DNA from: a virus | Lineage: Duplodnaviria > Caudoviricetes | Strand: one strand, 5' to 3' | Length of the DNA stretch: 64,000 bases | Virus record (IMG/VR): IMGVR_UViG_3300034111_000674 | Coordinates: 1-64,000 of that record | Position numbers and translations under genes: made by a program | Notes under the pieces: generated by a model | The model's database searches: none | Told to the model about the DNA's origin: nothing | Seen by the model: only the letters and a program-made list of their open reading frames with translations | Part shown: one piece after another, positions 56,295-64,000 of the stretch | Layout of the letters: every line of letters starts with the position of its first letter | How positions within the stretch are numbered: the stretch's first letter is position 1

Positions 56295-57132
56295 TTTTTA
56301 GTGTTTGGTTAATGGTTTCACAATTCGTTGGACCCAGTGCTTCGTCACAGAACTCTAATAGGTCCATTAGTTTATAGTTCAACATCAAGTTGTCAGCACC
56401 AAACTCGTTAAGGTTTTGTACATATTTATATCGACTAGCAATCGGCAAATTAGCAATGATATCCCAGGTACTGCCATACTGAGATACCAGAGTTTGCGCC
56501 TTTTTCGGACCAATTCCGGCGACACCAGGAATGTTATCACCGGAATCGCCAGTAAGGCACTTGATACTAATGTGATCAGCAGGATTGTACTCATAGTGTT
56601 CGTTCCAATTCTCTAATGTAATTTCTTTGCGTGTAACGTAGCTGAACCGCATCACGTCTTCACACACCAACAGGTCCCAGTCTCGGTCTGACGAGATCAA
56701 CACCACCTTGTCTATATCAAACTTTTTGCGGTGTTTGACAATATAGGCCCCAATGTCGTCAGCCTCACATTTGTCAAAACGAAACAGTGGATACTTTGAT
56801 GAATTCTTGTAGTGATCCATGACACGATTGAACTCTGTGAAAAATCTTTCAAACGCAAGCTGTTCTTCTGGGGTTTGTTGATCAAACTTGTCTTTGCGGT
56901 TTTGCTTGTAGCCGGGATAAATACTCTTGCGATAGCTGCTGCTGCCACTGTCACAGGTCAGGATAACTTTGGCGGCTTTGTAGCTTTTGCGAAGGCTGTC
57001 TACTGTTCTGACATAGCTGTCGAGAAAGTCCGTATCACCACTATGCTTCCACCTAAAACCCAAGTTGAGACAGTCCACTATGATTGCAGTGTTAGGTTCC
57101 AGCTCTTGTACTTTGTTAAATTCAATACTCAT
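56278..57132 (-). CDS. Flap endonuclease / 5'-3' exonuclease (T5 D15-like)
   Basis: IIVDCLNL, YKQNRK, EADDIG, SSDRDW, LTGDSGDNIPGVAGIGPKKA. Confidence 0.93.
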   Translation of the reverse strand: MSIEFNKVQELEPNTAIIVDCLNLGFRWKHSGDTDFLDSYVRTVDSLRKSYKAAKVILTCDSGSSSYRKSIYPGYKQNRKDKFDQQTPEEQLAFERFFTEFNRVMDHYKNSSKYPLFRFDKCEADDIGAYIVKHRKKFDIDKVVLISSDRDWDLLVCEDVMRFSYVTRKEITLENWNEHYEYNPADHISIKCLTGDSGDNIPGVAGIGPKKAQTLVSQYGSTWDIIANLPIASRYKYVQNLNEFGADNLMLNYKLMDLLEFCDEALGPTNCETINQTLKNVYEN

Positions 57133-57155
57133 GTTGACTCTGTAGTTAATCTGTT

Positions 57156-57184
57156 ATTATACAGCATACGAGACGGTTATTCAA
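57156..57184 (-). promoter_or_regulatory. Sigma70 promoter for D15-dut-nrdJ
   Basis: Minus strand TTGAAT (57184-57179), 17 bp spacer, TATAAT (57161-57156). Confidence 0.75.
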
Positions 57185-57633
57185 GACACAAATTTTGGTT
57201 TTTCTTGAACAATCCAGTCTTCTAGAATCGTTACATAGAACTCAAAACCGTTGCGACTGATGTACAAGAACGGAACGTGTGTTTCTGGTAGGGCCTCAAA
57301 AGCACAAAACAACTTACTGCGATCGTGTTTAAAGATGAGCAAGGGCTCGCGGTTTACTTGATCGGCTTGTCGTTTACACTGAGTCCACCACTCAAACAGC
57401 TGTGGGTTCTTATCTGTTAAGACTTTACTATTGAGGTGATCTTCTTTGTAGTGTTTACATTCTACGCACCACAGATTTGTAACGCCAGGCAGGTATAGAT
57501 CACCTTTTAGCATGTGCTTAGGATCCAACGCGCCGCTGCCGGGAGTTCGCTCCCATTTAAGACCTGTCAATTCTCGAAGTTTATCTCTGATAACCGTTTC
57601 TGCTCTACTGCCCTTGTCTCTGCTATCAACCAT
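57181..57633 (-). CDS. T5 D14-like nuclease (Holliday-junction-resolvase-like PD-(D/E)xK)
   Basis: SRDKGSRAE, GDLY, VECKHY, PLLIFKHDR; T5 gene order. Confidence 0.8.
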   Translation of the reverse strand: MVDSRDKGSRAETVIRDKLRELTGLKWERTPGSGALDPKHMLKGDLYLPGVTNLWCVECKHYKEDHLNSKVLTDKNPQLFEWWTQCKRQADQVNREPLLIFKHDRSKLFCAFEALPETHVPFLYISRNGFEFYVTILEDWIVQEKPKFVS

Positions 57634-59425
57634 TGTCTATCCTAGAAATGTTATTTTGTTTCATTACTGTAACCTTTTCTAGTAGAGGGTGTTGAAAGCC
57701 GTGACTTACTACAAAAGTATTTAGGTACTCTTCTTTGAGTAGTACTTCTACCAGCTTTTCTTTGCCTTCTAAGTCTAGGTTCTCAATGGTTTCGTCCAAG
57801 ATTAACAGATTGATGCGAGTATTGCTCAAACTCTGCATCAGCTTGCGTATGCCCAACAATGCTGCTGCATTAACTCTGGCTCTTTCACCGCCGCTCAGGG
57901 CTAGGATTTCTATATCCTTGCCTTGATCTGTGATAACTACATTCAATTTATCACTGCCTGCAATTCTGAAACCCAACTGGAAACGACCGCCACTCAATTC
58001 GCCCAAGTACTCGTTGGTTGTAGACTCTAGGTCTTTTACTAAACACTCTATCTTGTAGGCAACCAGTCCTGTGCTACTAAATGTTTTTACCAAGACCTGT
58101 AGAGTAGACAGTTTGTCACTGGCTTCTTCTAGTTCACCTCTGTGTACAGCTAGGCTGGCTTCCATTTCTTCAAGCTGACTTAAAATAACGTCTACTTTGG
58201 CATTGTGAGCAATTGCTTTGTTGTTACTATCCGTAATCTTTTTAATCGTGTCTTTGATTTGCTGTATAGAAACTTCTGTAGACTTGATGGTTTGTTCCAG
58301 AGTCTTTTTATCTAGTAACTCAGTAGTAATATTGGGATCATACAGAGCATGGTATTCTTCGTATAGCTCTTTGGTTTCGTTTAGCTTTTCCCACTCTTTG
58401 ACCTCAAGTTCTAGGTTACGAATCAGTGCTTCAAGTTCTTGAACTCTGACACTAGCACTAGCCTTGGAAGACCTTTGCTCTTCTAATAGATCATCTATTT
58501 TGTGTTTGTCAATGTCTTGTAGACAAGTAGGACATACACTACCCAACTTACCCATCTTGGAAATAAAACTGTCACAATCTTTGACAGTTTTAGCAAGCTC
58601 AATCTTTTCACAAGTATACTCGGGTATTTGACTACCAGGTTTTGCACCAACTGGTTGTAGTACTAAGCTTTCTAACAATTCTTTGTACTTATTGTTTTGT
58701 ACAATTGCTTTGTTTTTGGCTTCAATGTCTCTGAGGGTATCACGAACAGTCTGACAGACCTCTTCCAACTCTTTTGGTTGATCTGGTACTGGCTGTACTT
58801 CTTGTTCTGTCAAATCAGCAGCTCGGTACTTCTTTAGCCAGTCGTCACAACTTGTTATCTTTGCATTTGCTGCTGTAACTGCTTTATCAACACCTGTAGC
58901 CAAGCCTTTAAACACATCTCCCAACTCTACATATTTTGTTAGGTTCAATAGGTCAATCAAAAACTTTTTACGATTGCCGTCTGTGGCAGTTAAAAACTCC
59001 AGGCTAGCACTACTACTTTGATACACAATCTGACAAAATGTCTTGTGATCGTAGCCAATAAGCTCTTCGATGGTCTTGTAGGTAGCAGTAGAAGTGTGAC
59101 TACTAATATCTTCGCCGTCGCATGTCAGTTTAACAGTTTGTGTGGCTCCACGAACTGTTTTGACAGTATAAGTTTTACCGTCTTTGTCAAACTCCAGTTC
59201 GATAGAGTAGTTTTTTGCCTTGACGTTGCGGTTTAAGATGTCTGCTTTCTTGATGCCTTTAGAATTCTTGTTGTAGACAACCTCTTCTAGGATCAGTGCA
59301 ATACTACTCTTACCGTGACCATTGCCACCAACAATCTGAGTCAGTGGGGAATTGTCAAAGTTTATCTCGTTATTTTCGCCGTAACTGAAGGGATTGCTCC
59401 ACTTCATCTTTTTGAGAACAATCAT
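57626..59425 (-). CDS. SbcC/Rad50-like recombination ATPase (T5 D13-like)
   Basis: Walker A GGNGHGKSS, zinc hook CPTC, signature LSGGE, Walker B ILDE, H-loop VSH. Confidence 0.93.
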   Translation of the reverse strand: MIVLKKMKWSNPFSYGENNEINFDNSPLTQIVGGNGHGKSSIALILEEVVYNKNSKGIKKADILNRNVKAKNYSIELEFDKDGKTYTVKTVRGATQTVKLTCDGEDISSHTSTATYKTIEELIGYDHKTFCQIVYQSSSASLEFLTATDGNRKKFLIDLLNLTKYVELGDVFKGLATGVDKAVTAANAKITSCDDWLKKYRAADLTEQEVQPVPDQPKELEEVCQTVRDTLRDIEAKNKAIVQNNKYKELLESLVLQPVGAKPGSQIPEYTCEKIELAKTVKDCDSFISKMGKLGSVCPTCLQDIDKHKIDDLLEEQRSSKASASVRVQELEALIRNLELEVKEWEKLNETKELYEEYHALYDPNITTELLDKKTLEQTIKSTEVSIQQIKDTIKKITDSNNKAIAHNAKVDVILSQLEEMEASLAVHRGELEEASDKLSTLQVLVKTFSSTGLVAYKIECLVKDLESTTNEYLGELSGGRFQLGFRIAGSDKLNVVITDQGKDIEILALSGGERARVNAAALLGIRKLMQSLSNTRINLLILDETIENLDLEGKEKLVEVLLKEEYLNTFVVSHGFQHPLLEKVTVMKQNNISRIDNG

Positions 59426-59673
59426 TGACCTTCCTTGAAGTACTTGACTAGTTCATTAAATCCACCCACATAGTAGTTACCCACAAATATTTGTGGAACG
59501 CTACGAGCATCTGGCACCAATTCTAATAAGTGCTTTTTAGTCCATGGACCAGACGCATCTAGTTTTCTGACTTCTACTGTATAACCTTTTGATTTTAGCA
59601 AAGACACTGCATTGTTGCAAGCAAAACAATTTTCTTGACTGTATACAATTGCATTAGTTAATTCTGTGTTCAT
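59422..59673 (-). CDS. Glutaredoxin-like protein
   Basis: CFAC active site, RSVPQIF, VGGFNEL. Confidence 0.9.
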   Translation of the reverse strand: MNTELTNAIVYSQENCFACNNAVSLLKSKGYTVEVRKLDASGPWTKKHLLELVPDARSVPQIFVGNYYVGGFNELVKYFKEGQ

Positions 59674-60616
59674 GGGTTTTTAATTCCTGCAATGCTTTTT
59701 GTATTGAGTCTTCATTTAAGTTCAATACATAGCGTAAGTACTCGCACACTTCTTCACTCAGTGTTAGTTCTGGAGATAAAATAAGTGCTGTATCAGTTTC
59801 ACGTTTGACAATCTTTTTGTCTATCAAACTGCTGTCTTCTACACCACTCAATTCACTCATGTCGCCTTCTACCTCGTAGACAGTGTGGTGATAGTCTGTG
59901 GCAACCATGGCTTCGCCAGCCCTGACTGTTTTACGGATCAGTTGTGGTACCTCTAACTTCTTCCAAACATGCTCCAAAGTATCAGAATCCACAACAATAA
60001 CGCCGGTGTCGACAAGACCGCGATGAAAACTAGTGGTAACGGGACTACCAGGGTAAAGAATATTACGCTGGCAATTGTCATAACTGTGAAGATCACCGGC
60101 GAGAACCAGACTCCAGCGGTCAAAGATTTCCAGAGGTACTTCGGGTTTAACATGTGGTGGTATCTCTCCTCTTACGTGGGTGCACAGTATACGATTGTGT
60201 AGGCTAACAAAAGTATTATCTGGATCTTTTTCCCACTCTTTGAGCTTGTTGTATGGTATAATATCTACTACTCCATTACTCCAGTAGTCGTCTACAACAG
60301 TCACCAATTCATTGATCTTGTTGGTAGCGCCTTTGAGATTGGTTAAAAAAGTAGTATTACGTTTGACTGCTTCGTGATTGCCGCTGTAGATGTACGTGGG
60401 AATGCTGCAGCTGGCCACAAAGTCAAAGTAGACTTCTAGCTCTTCCATGGACGGTAGCTTGTCAAATATGTCACCACCCACAATCATGATATCACACTCT
60501 TTTTGAATCTCCCACAGCTGATCCATCAAGACTTCATATCGATTGCGTGCCCATTCAACAGGGACATTTTTCTGGCCAAGCTTAATGTGAATATCTGCTA
60601 TAAATAGTATCTTCAT
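59654..60616 (-). CDS. SbcD/Mre11-like metallophosphoesterase nuclease (T5 D12-like)
   Basis: ADIH, GGDIFD, SGNHE, THV, GDLH motifs. Confidence 0.92.
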   Translation of the reverse strand: MKILFIADIHIKLGQKNVPVEWARNRYEVLMDQLWEIQKECDIMIVGGDIFDKLPSMEELEVYFDFVASCSIPTYIYSGNHEAVKRNTTFLTNLKGATNKINELVTVVDDYWSNGVVDIIPYNKLKEWEKDPDNTFVSLHNRILCTHVRGEIPPHVKPEVPLEIFDRWSLVLAGDLHSYDNCQRNILYPGSPVTTSFHRGLVDTGVIVVDSDTLEHVWKKLEVPQLIRKTVRAGEAMVATDYHHTVYEVEGDMSELSGVEDSSLIDKKIVKRETDTALILSPELTLSEEVCEYLRYVLNLNEDSIQKALQELKTHEHRIN

Positions 60617-60630
60617 AACACCTCAGTGAG

Positions 60631-60667
60631 AAAAGCCCCTAAGAGTTGTAGTTCTTAGGGGCTTTTT
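60631..60667 (-). terminator. Terminator after D11 (bidirectional-looking)
   Basis: AAAAGCCCCTAAGA...TCTTAGGGGCTTTT. Confidence 0.85.
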
Positions 60668-60669
60668 AA

Positions 60670-61308
60670 TTAACCTAGTTCTTTGATAGACTCTGGGTCT
60701 ACACCGTCTTCACCATCACTAGCAGCGCCTGCTACAATCTTTTCGAGAGCGGCTTTTACTTCTTCTGGAGAAGGACGTGGGAACTTTGAATCAATGTTTT
60801 CCGCTCCTTCGGCCAAGGCCCTTTCATCTGGTGTCAGTGCACGAACCTTGCACTTCAACACACTTAAATTGTACTCTACATTGAATGGTAGAGGGCCGGT
60901 CTTGGTACGCTTGAATACAACATCCCAACCACCATCATAATCAGTCGGGTCGCCCAAATCTTCTGCTGCATTGATGATTTGCTCAAACAGCTTCTTTTTC
61001 AGGTTTAGTGCCTTGACCTTGCCGTCTTTGGGATCGATGCAATTGATTGAGTACGCCCAGCTGCACTTCTTGTCAGAGAAGTAGCTCGGTACGTGGTCTA
61101 CTTCCACATTTGTAAACTTTTCCTTTTCACGATCAAAGGCCAAGCACTCGATAGGGATGTCTTTGTTGTTGGTACCCTTTAGCCAGTACACATATCGTGG
61201 TAGGACCCCGCCGATAAGACGAACAGTATTGTCACCGTCTTTGTACTCATAAGCCTCTACAGACTTCTTAACTGCCTTGCCTTTTGTTTCGCCAAATTTT
61301 AGAGCCAT
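60670..61308 (-). CDS. T5 D11-like protein (putative ssDNA-binding protein)
   Basis: KDGDNTVRLIGGVLPRYVYW, CSWAYSINC, KKKLFEQI, GDPTD, acidic C-tail; T5 gene order. Confidence 0.8.
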   Translation of the reverse strand: MALKFGETKGKAVKKSVEAYEYKDGDNTVRLIGGVLPRYVYWLKGTNNKDIPIECLAFDREKEKFTNVEVDHVPSYFSDKKCSWAYSINCIDPKDGKVKALNLKKKLFEQIINAAEDLGDPTDYDGGWDVVFKRTKTGPLPFNVEYNLSVLKCKVRALTPDERALAEGAENIDSKFPRPSPEEVKAALEKIVAGAASDGEDGVDPESIKELG

Positions 61309-61693
61309 TGTAAATTTCCTCGTATTTGAATTTGATTAGATTGGTTTCAATAATTAATAATGGATTGTTTTTTATTTTATCTATTAAAAGATCTGGAAAA
61401 AATGATCTGTCTAGTGTTATCACACCGTATGTTTTATATAGGAACCAGTCACGACGTCCTGCCAATCGCACGTATTGCGTTCTATAACCAGGGTCAATGT
61501 TTTCTAGGTTCAATACTGGATCTGGATTCAGTAAGTAACTGGTGCCTTTTAACGATGTTTTACTAGGTTTATATTTAGATTTAGAGCTAGAGGGGATGCT
61601 GCCACGGTGATGATAGGTAAGCAGTGCTAAGAATTTATCGGGGTCACCTGCAGCTTCCCTCTCCAAGACCTCTAAGTTAAAAAATAAAGCCAT
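61268..61693 (-). CDS. Conserved T5-like hypothetical protein
   Basis: 141 aa directly downstream of a promoter, between D10 and D11. Confidence 0.65.
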   Translation of the reverse strand: MALFFNLEVLEREAAGDPDKFLALLTYHHRGSIPSSSKSKYKPSKTSLKGTSYLLNPDPVLNLENIDPGYRTQYVRLAGRRDWFLYKTYGVITLDRSFFPDLLIDKIKNNPLLIIETNLIKFKYEEIYNGSKIWRNKRQGS

Positions 61694-61713
61694 TATCTGC
61701 CTTAAGAAATACT

Positions 61714-61742
61714 ATTATAGCATTTATGATTTATTGTGGCAA
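61714..61742 (-). promoter_or_regulatory. Sigma70 promoter for the D11-D14 block
   Basis: Minus strand TTGCCA (61742-61737), 17 bp spacer, TGc-TATAAT (61719-61714). Confidence 0.8.
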
Positions 61743-61760
61743 GTCAAAATTTATCTTGCC

Positions 61761-63074
61761 TTACAATCTTTCTACTGTCCAGCCCTTGTCCATGTAAAAA
61801 CCCAATCGCAGTGCGGCTTGACGTTTTTCTGGTCCACTAGCAAATGCTATGTCTAGTACAATAGGATCTGGTTTATTTGGGTGTAGTCTCATGACTCGCC
61901 CAATTATTTGTTCTAAGCTGATGGGATTGGAGGTAGGTACTGCCAATATAACACAACTCAGTCTGTTAATGGAGATTCCTTCTGAGAAGATTTGACGGCT
62001 TCCAGCAACACACATTTTTGTTTCACTTTCGAGTTCTTCAATGATGTGTTTGCGTTGTTCATATGTTGTGGAGCCTGTAACAAGCGCGCAAGTTTCTTTT
62101 CCAATCTTGTTTCTCACTTTCTCCAAAAACTCAGTTCGGTCAGCCACTATCAACACACTGTGTCCATGGCCTATCTGGATTGCTGCCATGGCTGCTACAA
62201 AGTTTTGATAGTCCTCACTGTAGAGTAGATCGTTGATCTTTTCTACCCAGGTTCCATCATTTTTTAAGTGCAGTCCTGTGTTTACAATCTTTACCGTTGG
62301 GTTCAGTGTATGACTTTGTGGAGGTCTGTAAATCTTGTCACCAAAGTAGTCACGAAACACAACGTGTTTGCCATCTGTACGTTCCATTGTACCACTTAAA
62401 GCAATACGATATCGGCTATACATACCATCTATCAATTGCCCAAAAGTTTCAGCAGGTACGTGGTGAGCTTCGTCTAGTATGATGGTACCAAACTCCTTAC
62501 TCAAGACTGCTATGTGCTTGATGACAGTTTGAATGTTGCCGATGACAATAAAGTGATCTTCAATATCAAAGTCACCACTGCCAATGATTCCAGGCGTCAA
62601 GCCGTAAAGACTTTGTACTTCGCCTATCCACTGATCACGCAAAAAGGTATTGTGAGTGATTACCAGTGTTTTTTGACCAAACTTGCGAGCCAAGTGTAAG
62701 GCAGTAAATGTTTTACCCCAACCCACTAGTGCGTTTATGAAACAGGTATCCTCAACCTGATCGTACACTGGTTGTTGACTGTCTCGTAGCTGAAACCGTG
62801 GATTTGGGAAGGGTACTTCGTGAGTGACCCTTTTATCTACGATTTCATACTCTGGTGGTATCAGGTCCCATCGACCCTGAGGAATACTCACTATGTCTCG
62901 TGGCAGAATCTTGTAGTTTTTAATGGTTTCAATCTTCTTGGTTTTGCCCTTTTGACCAGCTCTGGTTTCGATCCGGTATGTAAGGCTATCTATCAACTGC
63001 TTTAGGTGTTCGTGGTTTTTTGGTTTTAAGTATATTCGATTGCTAACAATTGCTTTTGGTTTTTCTGCTGTCAT
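61761..63074 (-). CDS. SF2 DEAD/DEAH helicase (T5 D10/UvsW-like)
   Basis: GWGKT, ILDEAHH, ALSGT, FSEGIS, QIIGRVMR. Confidence 0.93.
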   Translation of the reverse strand: MTAEKPKAIVSNRIYLKPKNHEHLKQLIDSLTYRIETRAGQKGKTKKIETIKNYKILPRDIVSIPQGRWDLIPPEYEIVDKRVTHEVPFPNPRFQLRDSQQPVYDQVEDTCFINALVGWGKTFTALHLARKFGQKTLVITHNTFLRDQWIGEVQSLYGLTPGIIGSGDFDIEDHFIVIGNIQTVIKHIAVLSKEFGTIILDEAHHVPAETFGQLIDGMYSRYRIALSGTMERTDGKHVVFRDYFGDKIYRPPQSHTLNPTVKIVNTGLHLKNDGTWVEKINDLLYSEDYQNFVAAMAAIQIGHGHSVLIVADRTEFLEKVRNKIGKETCALVTGSTTYEQRKHIIEELESETKMCVAGSRQIFSEGISINRLSCVILAVPTSNPISLEQIIGRVMRLHPNKPDPIVLDIAFASGPEKRQAALRLGFYMDKGWTVERL

Positions 63075-63598
63075 ACCATTCTTACTGTGTCGGTCAGTTT
63101 GTCTGGATACAGTCCGTATAACAAGTACCCTGTACCCACCAATAACAATCCGGCATATTTACAGTCTTGGTTTGGCGCGTGCAAAACTTTGAATCTGGTT
63201 CCAACGCCCTGTACTTCTACAATGGCACCGCCTGTTTTGATAGGAATGATCTGACTGATACTCTTGAACACAAGAGGCACCCTTTTGGTCTTACGGTACT
63301 CAAAAACATACCCGGTACTATCAATAAACCAAGTGCCACCCTTGCTTAACTTGATCATGTCGCCTAGAAAAAACACTGCATGTCTCAGCTTTGCCAAGGC
63401 CACGCCACTGTTCTTCAATTGCAGCCTTCTCATGGCAAGACTGTTGCCTGGTGTACTGGTATCGTCAACTACTAGGGTCTTGGTTTCTACCTCACCATCT
63501 TTGTGGTGAGTTTCGTAGTGGTAATACCAACGTGTGCCTTCACGATTGGGCTTGTCATGACCCAAGTGATAGATTGGAAACTGGATCTGATTAAGCAT
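63071..63598 (-). CDS. Conserved T5-like hypothetical protein between polymerase and helicase
   Basis: FPIYHLG...WFIDSTG motifs; ATG 63598 preferred over TTG 63607. Confidence 0.65.
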   Translation of the reverse strand: MLNQIQFPIYHLGHDKPNREGTRWYYHYETHHKDGEVETKTLVVDDTSTPGNSLAMRRLQLKNSGVALAKLRHAVFFLGDMIKLSKGGTWFIDSTGYVFEYRKTKRVPLVFKSISQIIPIKTGGAIVEVQGVGTRFKVLHAPNQDCKYAGLLLVGTGYLLYGLYPDKLTDTVRMV

Positions 63599-63998
63599 TT
63601 TTAACAAGAATTCCGTTTTCTAGTGTGTAGTGTTCTTCGAACTTGTCAAAGCTGTAGTCTTGGCCCACATCTTGATCTACGCCAATAGGTGATCCCAGGA
63701 TGCTGCAGCCGCGGTCTTTTTGTGTGTTAAGTTTCAAGATTTCACAGTAAGTTTCTACGTGTTCGTCTTTTACCAGTGCTACAATGCTGTCGTGTACCAA
63801 CATAAAGATTTTAGCGTCTAAGTTGATGTTATTGCAAAAATCCTGAGTGTCCATCGCCCCCAATAGATTTACGTCTGAGGCTAGGCTTTGTACTTCCGCG
63901 TTAATTCCCGAACGTACTTCATGCGCTGCAATTCCTTTGTCCGCTGAGAATACGTTTGGTAGACGCCTTTTACGGCCAAAGAATGAATATGTATACCC
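63591..63998 (-). CDS. polA: Family A DNA polymerase, C-terminal fragment (5' end outside the window)
   Basis: Frame is open to the window edge: FGRKRRLP...RSGINAEVQSLASD...MLVHDSIV (motif C, HDS). Confidence 0.92.
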   Translation of the reverse strand, partial: GYTYSFFGRKRRLPNVFSADKGIAAHEVRSGINAEVQSLASDVNLLGAMDTQDFCNNINLDAKIFMLVHDSIVALVKDEHVETYCEILKLNTQKDRGCSILGSPIGVDQDVGQDYSFDKFEEHYTLENGILVKNA

Positions 63999-64000
63999 AT

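Noticed and set aside
56812-57225. 137-aa plus-strand ORF with a hydrophobic stretch
   Set aside because: Lies antisense to the well-supported D15 gene; no supporting signals.
1-64000. Alternative genetic code or stop-codon reassignment
   Set aside because: Conserved genes are full length in the standard code and end in TAA, TAG or TGA; coding density is high.
1-64000. tRNA, rRNA, intron, intein, integrase or att site
   Set aside because: Intergenic gaps are short and are explained by promoters and terminators. terL, nrdJ and the helicase are uninterrupted and of normal size. I saw no cloverleaf, but tRNAscan was not run.

Overview
The window is ~64 kb of a tailed dsDNA phage genome with a T5-like (Demerecviridae-style) backbone. 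It shows no host genes, integrase or prophage boundary. The + strand (1-53.7 kb) carries the late genes: the 3' end of a small heat-shock protein gene, terminase subunits, GIY-YIG and HNH nucleases, portal, a fused prohead protease-major capsid ORF, neck and tail genes with a -1 frameshifted tail chaperone, a ~2400-aa tape measure, tail tip and fibres, then lysis genes and phoH. The - strand (53.7-64 kb) carries a T5-syntenic replication block: polA (partial), D10 helicase, D11, D12/D13, D14, D15, dUTPase, plus glutaredoxin and a class II ribonucleotide reductase. The two blocks converge on a bidirectional terminator. The most unusual part is 27.5-51.4 kb, where two cassettes each open with a terminator, a sigma70 promoter and a BppU/p132-like adaptor gene. 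Each encodes a long repeat protein, small beta-rich subunits and adhesin-like proteins. The 2792-aa acidic repeat protein is punctuated by node motifs spaced 291, 292, 293, 160, 217, 159 and 159 aa apart, which suggests a molecular ruler or scaffold for a modular virion appendage. That role is inference. All functional calls come from motif recognition and recalled T5 gene order; no database search was run.
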